Of a stretch of 64,000 nt of DNA, positions 40,322 through 51,162 are shown in pieces; position 1 is the stretch's first letter; each line of letters begins with the position of its first letter. The position numbers and the translations under genes are program-made. The stretch covers positions 18,075-82,074 of the forward strand of contig JAZLAM010000006.1 of assembly GCA_045613125.1 (NCBI GenBank), in the 5' to 3' direction. The DNA comes from Alphaproteobacteria bacterium (lineage in GTDB: Bacteria; Pseudomonadota; Alphaproteobacteria; RF32; CAG-239). Under the pieces are notes generated by a model that did not search any database, had not been told where the DNA came from, and saw nothing but the letters and a program-made list of their open reading frames with translations.

Positions 40322-42493
40322 CTATAGATCCAAATCTGCTAAAACTTCTTTTCTTAAAGTCAGATTATCAATCTTACCGGTTGCAGTGGTCGGAATTTTT
40401 TCTTTTACCAAAATAATTTTGGGTAAATACAGTTCCGGATATCCGTTATTTTTAATAAATTCTCTTAACAATTCAACCGTTAATGAGCTATCATTTGTGA
40501 CAACCACAATTTGCTCACCTTTATGTTCATGAGGTACGGAAACCACGCCACAAGCAAAATCTTCTTTATCTCCAAAAGCCTTACAAATCATATTTTCTAC
40601 AGCTTTTAAAGATACCATTTCACCACCGATTTTTGCAAAACGTTTAATGCGGTCTTTGATAGTAATAAAACCGATTTCATCAATTTCGACAACATCACCG
40701 GTTTTATACCATCCTCCCTCAGGCGGAACCAAAACTCCGGGGTTGTCAGCCAAAATATAACCTTTCATCACGTTTGGTCCTTTAACGACAAGCTCTCCGC
40801 CCTTTTCGATACCATTAACTTTTTCTAACTTACATTCCATCCCCGGGCAAAGTTTTCCGATAGTGCCAAACTTATTAAACACCATATTATTACCGGCAAC
40901 GGCAGGAGAACATTCGGTTGTACCATATGCTTCCATTAAACGCGTGCCGAGTTTTTCATTTAAAATATTTCTGGTTTCAAGTTTTACACCTTCAGCTCCT
41001 GCATATACTAAGCGAAGTGATGCAAAATCTAACGGATGAGATATTTTGGCATAACTTTTGAAGAAAGTATCTGTTCCGATCATTACCGTTGCGCTTAATT
41101 CATATAATAAATCGCTTATAACCCTAAAGTGCAAAGGTGAAGGATATAAAAACACTTTAGCTCCTTGATACAGAGCAAATAATGTCCCTAGCACAAGACC
41201 GAAACTATGAAAAATCGGCATTGAATTTAATATTATATCTGTTCTGTTTAATGTTTCAAAAGTGGCAATTTGCCATACGTTAGAAACAATATTTCTATGC
41301 GATAAAACCACAGCCTTAGGAGCACCCTCAGAACCTGAGGTAAATAAAATTGCCGCACTATCATCAGGAGTTGCTTTATACGGAACATATTTTATTTTAT
41401 ACTGTAATAATGCTAAAATTTTAGCAAAAATAGAAACTTTTTTAACCGTTTCTTCCAAATAAAAAACTTCGAATCCTTCTTCTTTAATGGCTGTTATAGT
41501 TTCTTCCAATCCGGCTTTTTTAACGAAAAGTTTTGAAGTAATTACTTTTTTACTTTTTACCGTTTTTAAACCGCTGATAATATTTTTAACGCCTGCACTG
41601 AAATTTATCATCACCGGAACTTGGCCATAGGCATTAAAACCGAAAAATGCACAAATTGCCGCAACCGAGTTTGGAAGCATTAAGCCCAACGGCTCTTGAT
41701 GTTCTGAACGTTTATTAAAAAAGCGTCCTAAAACGTAAGATGCAAGCATAATATCTTTAAAACTTTTCGGTTTACGGGAAATATCTTCTATAACTTTAGG
41801 GCGAACCAAACCAAAATATTTTTTAGCATGCCTTTTTGCAGATTTTATAAGTTGTGTGAAAACTGTCAATTTCGGATCATACATAGATTTGAAAGCTTGC
41901 TCACGCATAATCATATAAATTTCATTTGAAATATGATTACGTTGATGTCTCAACTCGTCTTTTAATTTTAACGGACGCGGAGCATCTACTACAATTTTAC
42001 ATCTCGGAAAATAGTGATGTGGAAGTTTACCACCGGTTTTGGAAAAATATGACCAATATTGCAAACCGTTAATCCAAACAGGAATAACCGGCGCATCTGT
42101 TTTATCTGCCAAAAGTCCGGCAGATTCATAAATTTTCATTATATTTCCGTTGGTAGTCATGCGTCCTTCAGGAAATATAACACACAATCTTTCAGAATTA
42201 ACTTTTTCAATTAAGTGTTTTAAATCCGGAATATCCAAATTGCCATATTCCATAATATCGGCTGTTTTCATAAACAAACGAACCCAATAGTTACGATAAA
42301 GTTGTCCGTGCAATGCAAAAATAGGCCTACCCGGTAAAAAAGCAAACAATACTATCGGATCGACATAAGAAACATGGTTAGAAATGTAGATGCCTTTTTT
42401 AGGTAAATCTTTCAAATCAAAGTTTAACTCAAAGCGAACCTTAAAAAGCTTAAAAAAACATCTTAAACAAAAGCGAACTATATCTTGCAACAT
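40322..42493 (-). CDS. aas: Bifunctional 2-acyl-GPE acyltransferase / acyl-ACP synthetase (Aas-like)
   Basis: N-terminal PlsC HX4D motif SNHVSYVDP and FPEGR. C-terminal AMP-binding motifs FTSGSEGAPKAV, EAYGTTE, YKTGDV. Confidence 0.8.
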   Translation of the reverse strand: MLQDIVRFCLRCFFKLFKVRFELNFDLKDLPKKGIYISNHVSYVDPIVLFAFLPGRPIFALHGQLYRNYWVRLFMKTADIMEYGNLDIPDLKHLIEKVNSERLCVIFPEGRMTTNGNIMKIYESAGLLADKTDAPVIPVWINGLQYWSYFSKTGGKLPHHYFPRCKIVVDAPRPLKLKDELRHQRNHISNEIYMIMREQAFKSMYDPKLTVFTQLIKSAKRHAKKYFGLVRPKVIEDISRKPKSFKDIMLASYVLGRFFNKRSEHQEPLGLMLPNSVAAICAFFGFNAYGQVPVMINFSAGVKNIISGLKTVKSKKVITSKLFVKKAGLEETITAIKEEGFEVFYLEETVKKVSIFAKILALLQYKIKYVPYKATPDDSAAILFTSGSEGAPKAVVLSHRNIVSNVWQIATFETLNRTDIILNSMPIFHSFGLVLGTLFALYQGAKVFLYPSPLHFRVISDLLYELSATVMIGTDTFFKSYAKISHPLDFASLRLVYAGAEGVKLETRNILNEKLGTRLMEAYGTTECSPAVAGNNMVFNKFGTIGKLCPGMECKLEKVNGIEKGGELVVKGPNVMKGYILADNPGVLVPPEGGWYKTGDVVEIDEIGFITIKDRIKRFAKIGGEMVSLKAVENMICKAFGDKEDFACGVVSVPHEHKGEQIVVVTNDSSLTVELLREFIKNNGYPELYLPKIILVKEKIPTTATGKIDNLTLRKEVLADLDL

Positions 42494-42589
42494 AATTTAT
42501 CCTCGTCTTTTTAATTGATTTTGCTTAACTTTATAACAAATAAATTGTTATGTAAAGTAGGCACTTTGGAGATACCTAAAACCGGTTGA

Positions 42590-42617
42590 TAAAAAAAGAG
42601 GCTTTTGCAAGCCCCTT
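42590..42617 (-). terminator. Terminator after the SemiSWEET gene
   Basis: On the minus strand, AGGGGCTT-GCAA-AAGCCTCT followed by TTTTTTT. Confidence 0.55.
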
Positions 42618-42634
42618 GTTTAGTGTAATTAAAA

Positions 42635-42904
42635 TTACTTCTTTGTTTTACATTTAATAATCATACAAACAATTATCAATGCAAAGAACAAAGAAATACC
42701 ATTAAACAACATCATCTGCACAGAGTGTAGATATACACCGTACAATATCCACGATACCATACCGATAATGTAAATAATGTACGTAAACAATGACAAACCG
42801 TCAACATTTTTACTACGAATTGTTTGAATGGTTTGAGGTAAAAATACAATTGCTGTACAAATACCTGCCAAATAGCCTAAAAATTCTCCAAAAAAATTTT
42901 CCAT
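42635..42904 (-). CDS. SemiSWEET / single PQ-loop (MtN3) 3-TM transporter
   Basis: 89 aa with three TM helices and the PQ motif in AIVFLPQTIQTIRSKNVDGLS. Confidence 0.7.
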   Translation of the reverse strand: MENFFGEFLGYLAGICTAIVFLPQTIQTIRSKNVDGLSLFTYIIYIIGMVSWILYGVYLHSVQMMLFNGISLFFALIIVCMIIKCKTKK

Positions 42905-43038
42905 AATTGCTTCCATTAAAATTTAACTTGCGGCTCTAATTATATATTTTGTTATGCTCGTTGTCAATTAAATTGTGACACCTTCTTGACCTTCAAAAAA
43001 AAATATGTAAACTCAATACAAAGTTTAAGGGAAACAAG

Positions 43039-43944
43039 ATGAAAAGAACAAAATATAACAACGTTAACGGTTGGCTTATTATAGATAAACAAAGAGATAT
43101 AGGCTCAACCGATGTTGTCAACCAAACCAGACGTTTACTCAATGCCAATAAAAACGGTCACGCAGGCACTCTCGATCCTTTTGCAACCGGCGTTTTACCG
43201 ATTGCATTTGGTGAAGCAACAAAGCTCATTCCGTTTGTAACAGATGGTAAAAAAGAATATGAATTTATCTTAAAATTCGGAGTTGAAACAAACACAGATG
43301 ATTCCGAAGGAACTGTTATAAACACATCAAATTATATTCCGACAGTTGATGAAATTTTAAAAGTTTTACCCCAATTTATAGGAACCATTAAACAAACTCC
43401 TCCTATCTATTCGGCTATTAAGATAAACGGGCAAAGAGCTTATAAGTTGGCAAGAGAAGGAAAAGAGGTTAATATTCCGGAACGTGAAGTCGAAATTTAT
43501 TATTTAGAGTTTTTGGAACAAATAAACGAATCGGAATTTAAATTTAAAGTCGGATGTTCAAAAGGCACATATATCAGAACTTTAGGTAAAGACATTGCAT
43601 TAAAATTAGGTACTTTGGGACATTTAAGCGAACTGAGAAGAACAAAATGCGCAATTTTTTCGCTTCAGGATACGATTTTACTGGAAAACTTAAAAAATAT
43701 GGTGTATGAAGATGAAAGACTTTTGTCGCTTCTACCGGTTAAGACATCACTGCGCGACATCGCGGTGATTGCCGTTTCGGAAGAAGAAGCAACTAAATTA
43801 AGACATGGGCAAGGCTTGTCACCAAAAGCATATCAAGGCTTTGAGCCAAACACACTTTTGGCGGCCATGTTTCATGATTGTTTGGTTGCATTGGTAAGGG
43901 TTGAAGAAAGAAGGCTTTCTCCGATCCGTGTGTTTAATTTATAA
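43039..43944 (+). CDS. truB: tRNA pseudouridine-55 synthase
   Basis: Motifs [31 protein letters not shown]. Confidence 0.93.
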   Translation: MKRTKYNNVNGWLIIDKQRDIGSTDVVNQTRRLLNANKNGHAGTLDPFATGVLPIAFGEATKLIPFVTDGKKEYEFILKFGVETNTDDSEGTVINTSNYIPTVDEILKVLPQFIGTIKQTPPIYSAIKINGQRAYKLAREGKEVNIPEREVEIYYLEFLEQINESEFKFKVGCSKGTYIRTLGKDIALKLGTLGHLSELRRTKCAIFSLQDTILLENLKNMVYEDERLLSLLPVKTSLRDIAVIAVSEEEATKLRHGQGLSPKAYQGFEPNTLLAAMFHDCLVALVRVEERRLSPIRVFNL

Positions 43945-43963
43945 AATGAAAAGGAAAAATAAG

Positions 43964-44233
43964 ATGTCGATTACAAATGAAGTTAAACAGGAAATTATTG
44001 CAAAATATGGTACAAAACCGGGAGATACAGGTTCTCCTGAAGTTCAAATTGCTATTTGGACATATCGTATTAATTCTTTGATTGAACACTTCAATGTTCA
44101 TAAAAAAGATTTACATTCCCGTTTAGGTTTGATGAAAATGGTTAGCCGTCGTCGTCACCTCTTAGACCACTTAAAAGCTAAGAGTAACGATCGTTATCAG
44201 GCAATCATTAAAAAATTAGATCTGCGTAAGTAA
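43964..44233 (+). CDS. rpsO: 30S ribosomal protein S15
   Basis: [43 protein letters not shown] with AAGGAAA Shine-Dalgarno. The track start at 43901 is a TTG inside truB. Confidence 0.97.
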   Translation: MSITNEVKQEIIAKYGTKPGDTGSPEVQIAIWTYRINSLIEHFNVHKKDLHSRLGLMKMVSRRRHLLDHLKAKSNDRYQAIIKKLDLRK

Positions 44234-44245
44234 TTATCAGATACA

Positions 44246-44280
44246 AAAACTGCGGGGCATGGGGCTCCGCAGTTTTATAA
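44246..44280 (+). terminator. rpsO terminator / pnp leader hairpin
   Basis: AAAACTGCGG ... CCGCAGTTTT stem (10 bp) followed by a short T-run (TTTTATAAAA), with a GC-rich interior. It lies between rpsO and pnp, as in the E. coli rpsO-pnp arrangement. Confidence 0.65.
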
Positions 44281-44339
44281 AATCCTTAAAAATTTTTAAG
44301 GTGAGGTTTTAAAAGAAGAAATATGAAAGGTAGAAAAAT

Positions 44340-46457
44340 ATGATAAATTTTAAGCAATACCGCCAAGAGATGGAATGGGGCGGTCGTAAACTCGTTTTAG
44401 AAACAGGCAAAATTGCCAGACAAGCAACAGGTGCCGTTTTGGCCACATATGGAGATACAGTTGTAGTTGCAACTGTCTGTGCAGCAAAAGAAGCAAAACC
44501 CGATCAAGATTTCTTCCCATTAACAGTTAACTATCAAGAAAAATATTATGCAACCGGTAAAATTCCGGGCGGTTTTATGAAACGTGAAGGAAAACCTTCC
44601 GAACGTGAAGTTCTTATTTCTCGTTTAATTGATCGTCCTATTCGCCCATTGTTTCCGGATGCTTTCAAAAACGAAGTTCAAATTGTATGTACAACTTTAT
44701 CACATGACCAAAAGAACGATTCTGATGTGGTTGCCATGATTGCAGCTTCTGCCGCATTGGCAGTTTCAGGTGTCCCGTTCTTAGGTCCTATCGGTGCTGC
44801 AAAAATCGGTTATAAAGATGGAAACTATATCTTAAACCCAAGTATTGAAGAACAAAAAACATCAGATTTGGAATTGGCTGTTGCAGGAACCAAAGAAGGC
44901 GTGTTGATGGTAGAATCTGAAGCTAACGAACTTTCCGAAGAAGTTATGCTCGGTGCTGTTATGTTCGGTTTTGAAAGTTTTCAACCGGTTATCAGCATGA
45001 TAAACGAGCTTAAAGAACAAGCCGGAACAGTTGCATGGGAAGAACCTAAGTTTCCTGAAGAGTTTGATGTTCTTTGCGCACGTGTTGAAAAAGACTTTGC
45101 TAAAAAATATGACGAAGCATTTAACGAAGTTGATAAACTGACACGTGGCAACATCTTAGGTTGTTTGGCTGAAGAAGTTAAAGCAACCATTGACCCTGAA
45201 AATGAGCTTGAAGTTCGTTATGTTGGTGATGCAATTGAACATATTATGCACAAAACCATGCGTGAAAAAGTTCTTTCTACCGGCAAACGTATTGACGGTC
45301 GTGACACAAGAACCGTTCGCCCAATCAGTTGCGAAGTTGATGTGTTACCTACAACACACGGTTCAGCTTTGTTTACTCGTGGTGAAACACAAGCTTTGGT
45401 CGTTACCACATTAGGTACCGATGATGATGCTCAAATTGTTGACGGTTTGATGGCTGAATATAAACAAGACTTTATGTTATATTACAACTTCCCTCCGTTT
45501 TCTGTTGGTGAATGCGGTCGTTTAGGAACTCCGGGACGTCGCGAAATCGGTCACGGAAAACTTGCTTGGCGTGCAATTCATCCGATGATGCCTGCTGACA
45601 AAGAAAAATTTCCATATTCCGTAAGAGTTGTTTCTGACATTATGGAATCTAACGGATCTTCTTCTATGGCAACCGTTTGTGGAACAACATTATCATTGCA
45701 AGCTGCTGGCGTACCAATGAAAAAACCTGTTGCAGGTATTGCTATGGGCTTAATTAAAGAAGACGACGGTCGAGTTGCAATTTTGACTGATATCTTAGGT
45801 GATGAAGACCACTTAGGCGATATGGACTTTAAGGTTGCCGGTACAAAAGATGGTGTGACAGCATTGCAGATGGATATCAAAATTACATCTATCACTAAAG
45901 AAATTATGGAACACGCTTTAGAGCAAGCCCATGAAGGTCGTATACATATCTTAGGTGAAATGGCAAAAGCTATTGAAGCTCCGAGAGAAAAAGTATCACC
46001 TTTGGCTCCACGCATTATATCAATCAAAATTCCTACAGATAAAATTCGTGAAGTTATCGGAACAGGTGGTAAGGTTATTCGTGAAATCATCGAAAAAACC
46101 AACACAAAAATTGATATCTCTGATGATGGTATAGTAAAAATTGCATCTGTAAACACTCAAGACGGCGAAGCCGCTTTAGATATCATCATGGGGATTGTTG
46201 CCGAACCTGAAGAAGGTGTTATATACAAAGGTGTTATCACTAAGATAATGGACTTTGGTGCGTTTGTTAAGTTTGTTGGCTCAACAGAGGGCTTGGTTCA
46301 TATTTCTGAAGTTAAAGACGAACGTATTGCTTCTGTTTCTGACTTTTATAAAGAAGGCGATTGCATTTGGGTAAAATGCATGGGCGTTGACAATCGTGGC
46401 AAGTGGAAACTTTCTGCAAAACGCGTAAATCAAGAGACAGGTGAAGATAGAGAATAA
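44340..46457 (+). CDS. pnp: Polynucleotide phosphorylase
   Basis: Two RNase PH domains, KH and S1 ([26 protein letters not shown]). Confidence 0.98.
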   Translation: MINFKQYRQEMEWGGRKLVLETGKIARQATGAVLATYGDTVVVATVCAAKEAKPDQDFFPLTVNYQEKYYATGKIPGGFMKREGKPSEREVLISRLIDRPIRPLFPDAFKNEVQIVCTTLSHDQKNDSDVVAMIAASAALAVSGVPFLGPIGAAKIGYKDGNYILNPSIEEQKTSDLELAVAGTKEGVLMVESEANELSEEVMLGAVMFGFESFQPVISMINELKEQAGTVAWEEPKFPEEFDVLCARVEKDFAKKYDEAFNEVDKLTRGNILGCLAEEVKATIDPENELEVRYVGDAIEHIMHKTMREKVLSTGKRIDGRDTRTVRPISCEVDVLPTTHGSALFTRGETQALVVTTLGTDDDAQIVDGLMAEYKQDFMLYYNFPPFSVGECGRLGTPGRREIGHGKLAWRAIHPMMPADKEKFPYSVRVVSDIMESNGSSSMATVCGTTLSLQAAGVPMKKPVAGIAMGLIKEDDGRVAILTDILGDEDHLGDMDFKVAGTKDGVTALQMDIKITSITKEIMEHALEQAHEGRIHILGEMAKAIEAPREKVSPLAPRIISIKIPTDKIREVIGTGGKVIREIIEKTNTKIDISDDGIVKIASVNTQDGEAALDIIMGIVAEPEEGVIYKGVITKIMDFGAFVKFVGSTEGLVHISEVKDERIASVSDFYKEGDCIWVKCMGVDNRGKWKLSAKRVNQETGEDRE

Positions 46458-46478
46458 TCCTTACTTGCAAAAATTTAT

Positions 46479-46516
46479 AACCCTCCGAAAGCCAAGCTCT
46501 CGGAGGGTTGTTTTTT
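46479..46516. terminator. Terminator between convergent pnp and mlaC
   Basis: 10 bp stem AACCCTCCGA / TCGGAGGGTT followed by GTTTTTTG. Confidence 0.75.
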
Positions 46517-46535
46517 GTTCTATCTCCAGAATTAA

Positions 46536-47132
46536 TTACTTACTTTTATTACGTAAATCTGTAATCAAATCATCTATACCGTTTTTTGATTTTTTAATAT
46601 AAGCTGTATATTCGTTTCTGGCTGTAATTGCCAAACTTACATTTTCAATAATAATGTCAACAATTTTTAAATTACCGTTAGTGTCTTTCACACGCCAAAT
46701 AACTTTTGCAGGCGCACCTTGTTGCATTGGAACAGTAGTATTTACAAAAATTTGATTTTGAGAATTAGATGGCGATGTACCATTAAAAACAAATTTTTTA
46801 CCTTTAAATTCATCAAAACGTTTTGACCATGTTTTTATGTTCATCTGTCGGTATACATTTATAAATTCTTTACGCTGACTTGGTGTTGCCGTATTCCAAT
46901 ATCTGCCTAAAACAAACCGACCAATAAAGTCCAAATCAAGTGAATTATTAAAAAGTCTTTCAAAACGAGCATCTTTTTGTTCTTGCGAAACATTAGAATT
47001 GATGATTTGTTCTATACCATCAGAAGTAACTTGTTTGATAAAATCTTCCGCAACAGATGATGTTAATTCTGCTTTTGCGGAAAAAACTGCAAATGTTAAA
47101 AAAAACGCAAATAATGTAAATATCTTTTTCAT
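46536..47132 (-). CDS. mlaC: MlaC/Ttg2D periplasmic phospholipid-binding protein
   Basis: Signal peptide, then FIGRFVLGRYW, and LKIVDIIIENVSLAITARNEY. Confidence 0.8.
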   Translation of the reverse strand: MKKIFTLFAFFLTFAVFSAKAELTSSVAEDFIKQVTSDGIEQIINSNVSQEQKDARFERLFNNSLDLDFIGRFVLGRYWNTATPSQRKEFINVYRQMNIKTWSKRFDEFKGKKFVFNGTSPSNSQNQIFVNTTVPMQQGAPAKVIWRVKDTNGNLKIVDIIIENVSLAITARNEYTAYIKKSKNGIDDLITDLRNKSK

Positions 47133-47150
47133 TTTCTTATCCTTCTGTTG

Positions 47151-47906
47151 TTAATCTTCATAATCTTCCTCAAAATCAAAATCGTAATTTGGAACATCTT
47201 GTTTTTCTTTCTGAGAACATAAACTTACAAATTTTTTACGATTTTGCATAAATGCTGATTTACTTGCTTCGTAAAAATCTACCGAACTACTTTCTAAACT
47301 ATCAAGTAAAGCCATATTTTCAGCTCTTAAATTTATATATTTCAAGCCTGTAGTTCCCCAAACTATCGAATTTTCTTTTTGACTATCAGAATTTGATAAA
47401 GACCAATAAAGTGGGCTCATGTAAGCATCTGCTGTCCAACCGGCAAGATGTCTGGGCGTTGAAGGACCTACAACCGGTAGAACAATAAATGGGCCATCTG
47501 GGATACAATATTTTGCCATAGTTGCATCAAAATTTGTCTTCTTTTTTTCCAAACCCCAACTTGTCGCAACATCAAACATACCAAATAAACCAAGTGTAGT
47601 ATTTATAACAAATCTACCAACAGAAATTCCAGTATTTTTAATTTCACCTTGTAATAGGTTATTCACCATATAGGTTGGTTCTTCCATATTATTAAAAACC
47701 GATTTTACTCGATTACGTACAAACTTATTTGTTATATTTGCATATCCCGTTGCAACGGGTTTAATCAACTTTTTATCTAGCTGATAGTTAAATTCAAACA
47801 TTGCTTTATTATACATTTCCAATTTACTATCTTCGCCAATACCTGAAGATGACGCACACGAACACAGTCCTAAAACAGCAATTGCAAGCAAAATTTTTTT
47901 ATACAT
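47151..47906 (-). CDS. mlaA: MlaA/VacJ outer-membrane lipoprotein
   Basis: Lipobox LGLCSC. Motif NKAMFEFNYQLDKKLIKPVATGY ... NNMEEPTYMVNNLLQG. Confidence 0.85.
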   Translation of the reverse strand: MYKKILLAIAVLGLCSCASSSGIGEDSKLEMYNKAMFEFNYQLDKKLIKPVATGYANITNKFVRNRVKSVFNNMEEPTYMVNNLLQGEIKNTGISVGRFVINTTLGLFGMFDVATSWGLEKKKTNFDATMAKYCIPDGPFIVLPVVGPSTPRHLAGWTADAYMSPLYWSLSNSDSQKENSIVWGTTGLKYINLRAENMALLDSLESSSVDFYEASKSAFMQNRKKFVSLCSQKEKQDVPNYDFDFEEDYED

Positions 47907-48087
47907 TTAGCTTATCCTTTAGTCTTAACCTCTTCTTATCTTGTCTACAAATATAGCAATTTTTACCCCAAAATCAACAAAAATATATTTTTTGTTACAA
48001 TCAAGAAATGTTTTGTGTTTTGCATAATTAATATAATTGCCTTATTATCCATAGCCAGTAAGAAATTTTTTAAAAGGAAAATAAAAC

Positions 48088-49248
48088 ATGACTAATAAAC
48101 CCGTAAACCCTATAAACTTGTTTGACTGTGCAGCTTCTCAAAAAATTATCGGTCAAGATAAATTTTTAGATGCTTTTAAGAAAATCTTAGATCATGGTGC
48201 ATATTGCCAAGGTCACGAAACTCGCGAATTAGATCAAAAATTGGCTCAATATGCTAACACAAAATATTGCGCAACTTGTGGTTCGGGAACAGATGCTTTA
48301 ACACTTGCTTTAATGGCTTGGGATGTTAAACCCGGTGACGCTGTTTTTGTTTCATCATTTACATTTGTAGCGACAGCCGAAGCTCCTGTTTTATTAGGTG
48401 CAACTCCTATCTTTATTGATTCAAAAGCAGATACTTTCAATATGGACCCTGAAGATTTAAAACGTGCGATTGCAGAAGTTAAAGCTGAAGGAAAATTAAA
48501 CTTAAAAGCAGTTATTCCCGTAGATATTTTCGGTTCTCCCTGCGAATATGATGAAATTATCAAAATAGCACATGAAAACGGCATGAAAGTTTTATCTGAC
48601 TCTTGTCAATCTTTTGGATCGATTTACTTTAATAAAAATGCTGGTTCTATTGCAGATATGACAGCTACCTCATTCTACCCGACAAAACCTTTAGGCGGAT
48701 ATGGGGATGGTGGAGCCGTATTCATTAACTCTGATACAGAAAATGAAGTTGTTGTTTCTTCTCGTGTTCATGGTATGAGTGCTGCAGATCGTTACGATAA
48801 CGTGCGTTTAGGCATGACGGGGCGTATGAATACATTCCAAGCTGCTGTTTTGTTACAAAAGCTGACAGTTTTTGAACAAGAACTTAAAGATAGATATAAA
48901 GTTGCTTCACGTTATGATAATGAGCTAAGCTCATACTATGGTAAACAAAAAATTTTGGATAATTGTAAATCTGCTTATGCATTATATACAATCACCTGTG
49001 AAAATCGTGATGAATTGATGGGCTTCTTAAAAGAAGCAGGCATTCCTTGCGGTGCATACTATCCGCGTCCGGTAAACACTCAAACAGCTTACGCAAAATG
49101 GAACACTCGTTCATTGCCTGTTTGTGAAAGGTTATCAAAAACAGTTTTAAGTATTCCGATGCATCCATATTTGGAAACAGAAGCTCAATCTTATATAATT
49201 GAAAAGATGAATGAGTTTGCAGAAAGATACGAATCAAAAGCTGCTTAA
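48088..49248 (+). CDS. DegT/DnrJ/EryC1/StrS-family PLP-dependent sugar aminotransferase
   Basis: Motifs CGSGTDALTLAL, and SFYPTKPLGGYGDGGAV carrying the PLP lysine. Confidence 0.88.
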   Translation: MTNKPVNPINLFDCAASQKIIGQDKFLDAFKKILDHGAYCQGHETRELDQKLAQYANTKYCATCGSGTDALTLALMAWDVKPGDAVFVSSFTFVATAEAPVLLGATPIFIDSKADTFNMDPEDLKRAIAEVKAEGKLNLKAVIPVDIFGSPCEYDEIIKIAHENGMKVLSDSCQSFGSIYFNKNAGSIADMTATSFYPTKPLGGYGDGGAVFINSDTENEVVVSSRVHGMSAADRYDNVRLGMTGRMNTFQAAVLLQKLTVFEQELKDRYKVASRYDNELSSYYGKQKILDNCKSAYALYTITCENRDELMGFLKEAGIPCGAYYPRPVNTQTAYAKWNTRSLPVCERLSKTVLSIPMHPYLETEAQSYIIEKMNEFAERYESKAA

Positions 49249-49266
49249 GATATTACTCATAGCTTT

Positions 49267-49298
49267 TAAAAGGTTCTCTTGAAGAGAACCTTTTTTTA
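49267..49298 (+). terminator. Rho-independent terminator
   Basis: AGGTTCTC-TTGAA-GAGAACCT followed by TTTTTTT. Confidence 0.7.
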
Positions 49299-49320
49299 TT
49301 TGCAAAACAACAGATATGTG

Positions 49321-49348
49321 TTGAAATTTAATAATAATAGTTTATAGT
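49321..49348 (+). promoter_or_regulatory. Candidate plsY-dprA-topA promoter
   Basis: TTGAAA-(16 nt)-TATAGT. Confidence 0.4.
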
Positions 49349-49384
49349 TGCAAACAGATATATCCTCTTTGGGAGAAAAGAAAA

Positions 49385-50029
49385 ATGTGCTTATATACTA
49401 TATTTGTAATATGTGCCGTCAGTGGCTACTTTTTGGGATCGATACCTTTTGGCTTGGTTTTAACGCGTATAGCTGGATATGGTGATATCCGTAAAATAGG
49501 CTCTGGAAACATAGGCGCCACTAATGTTTTACGCACTGGAAATAAATGGTTGGCTCTTTTAACTGTTTTGCTTGATGCTTTTAAAGCTGGTATTGCTGCT
49601 TATATAGCTATTAAAATCGTTCCCGAACAAGATTTTTTTCTTTTCGGCATAGCAACTAAAACAAATATTGTAGGTGGGCTTATTGCCGGTTCTTTCGGAG
49701 TTATCGGGCATATGTTTCCTGTTTGGCTAAACTTCAAAGGCGGAAAAGGTGTCTCTTCAGCATTCGGACTTCTTTTGATGACAAATTGGCCAATTGCTTT
49801 AATAGCTTTGGCGACTTGGCTTTTTATGGCATTTACTTTTAAATACTCATCATTATCCGCATTGACAGCAGCGGTTTCAATGCCTGTTGTTTCGTTTTTT
49901 ATGCTCCCAATTATTTATACAATATTTTACACGTTCATTGTTTTACTTGTAATCGCAAAACATCATGCAAATATTATACGTTTAATCAAGGGACAAGAAA
50001 GTAAGATATCATTTAAAAAGAAGCAGTAA
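49385..50029 (+). CDS. plsY: Glycerol-3-phosphate acyltransferase PlsY
   Basis: Motifs GSGNIGATNVLRTG and FKGGKGV. Confidence 0.92.
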   Translation: MCLYTIFVICAVSGYFLGSIPFGLVLTRIAGYGDIRKIGSGNIGATNVLRTGNKWLALLTVLLDAFKAGIAAYIAIKIVPEQDFFLFGIATKTNIVGGLIAGSFGVIGHMFPVWLNFKGGKGVSSAFGLLLMTNWPIALIALATWLFMAFTFKYSSLSALTAAVSMPVVSFFMLPIIYTIFYTFIVLLVIAKHHANIIRLIKGQESKISFKKKQ

Positions 50030-50033
50030 TACC

Positions 50034-51149
50034 GTGGAACATAAAGAGCTTATAAATTGGATAAGGCTTATCAATTCAAACAGCATCGGACCGATTAGTT
50101 TTTATAAACTGTCAGAAAAATATGGCTCAGTTCAAGATGCTCTTGAATATCTTGATAAAGATAAAATATTTAGCATAAAAGAAGCTGAAGAGGAAGTAGA
50201 AAAAGCTAATCAAAAAGGAATACGCATCATTGGTTTGAACGATAATGAATATCCTGAAAGTTTAAAAAATCTGAATGATGCTCCGCCATTGTTATATGTA
50301 AAAGGCAATATTGATTTATTAAATTATCCTATATGTATTTCGATAGTCGGAGCCAGAAATGCTTCAATTGCAAGTAGGAAAATCGCCTCAAAAATTTCTT
50401 TTGATTTAACAAATAATGATATTTTAGTTATATCCGGTATGGCAAGAGGTATAGACAGTGCCGCTCATAAAGGTGCTTTATATGCAAAAAATCAATCAGG
50501 TCCTACTATTGCAGTTTTGGGAAGCGGAGTAGATATTGTGTATCCGGCAGAAAATCAAGAATTATACGAACAAATATGCAATTTTGGCGCCATTGTTTCA
50601 GAATATCCTTTAGGAACTTTACCACAGACATCAAATTTTCCTCGCAGAAATAGGCTTGTATCCGCTTTCAGCTCTGCGATTTTGGTTGTAGAAGCTTCAT
50701 TAAACTCAGGTTCTTTAATAACTGCCAAATTAGGTTTGGAACAGGGAAAGGATATTTTTGCAGTTCCTTCCTCGCCAATAGACGGAAAATCGGCCGGTAC
50801 AAATAAACTAATCAAAGAAGGAGCTATTCTCACTGAGGGTGTTGATGATATATTAGATGTTTTACAATATACCCAAAGTTTAAAAATTAAAAGTTTTGAA
50901 AACAAAAAAACAACATTATTTGCAAAGCCCCTTGACAAAGTAAAAAAAAGCGACAATATACCCGTAAAAACAAAAAATACAAATATTGAATCTTTAACCG
51001 GTTTAATTGGTGAAAATGGTATAGAGATAGATGAGCTGATACGGCTTAGTGGTAACAATGCTAACGAAATCATGGCCAAAATTACCGAGTTAGAACTTGA
51101 TGGAACATTAGAAAGAATAAATACAAATACATTGATTTTAAAACATTAA
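50034..51149 (+). CDS. dprA: DNA processing protein DprA/Smf
   Basis: GTG start. Motifs IVGARNAS, SGMARGIDSAAHKGAL, GSGVDIVYPAEN, FPRRNRL. Confidence 0.9.
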   Translation: MEHKELINWIRLINSNSIGPISFYKLSEKYGSVQDALEYLDKDKIFSIKEAEEEVEKANQKGIRIIGLNDNEYPESLKNLNDAPPLLYVKGNIDLLNYPICISIVGARNASIASRKIASKISFDLTNNDILVISGMARGIDSAAHKGALYAKNQSGPTIAVLGSGVDIVYPAENQELYEQICNFGAIVSEYPLGTLPQTSNFPRRNRLVSAFSSAILVVEASLNSGSLITAKLGLEQGKDIFAVPSSPIDGKSAGTNKLIKEGAILTEGVDDILDVLQYTQSLKIKSFENKKTTLFAKPLDKVKKSDNIPVKTKNTNIESLTGLIGENGIEIDELIRLSGNNANEIMAKITELELDGTLERINTNTLILKH

Positions 51150-51162
51150 ACAGGAAAGACAG

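Noticed and set aside
45578-46156. 192 aa antisense ORF inside pnp. Similar long antisense ORFs lie at 50555-51079 in dprA, 9381-9821 in sucD, 10418-10735 in sucC, 48246-48584 in the aminotransferase gene and 5430-5756 in dsbA.
   Set aside because: All lie entirely within confidently identified genes on the opposite strand. They have Ser/Ile/Pro-rich shadow-frame composition and lack Shine-Dalgarno sequences and recognisable motifs. They are typical codon-complement artefacts.
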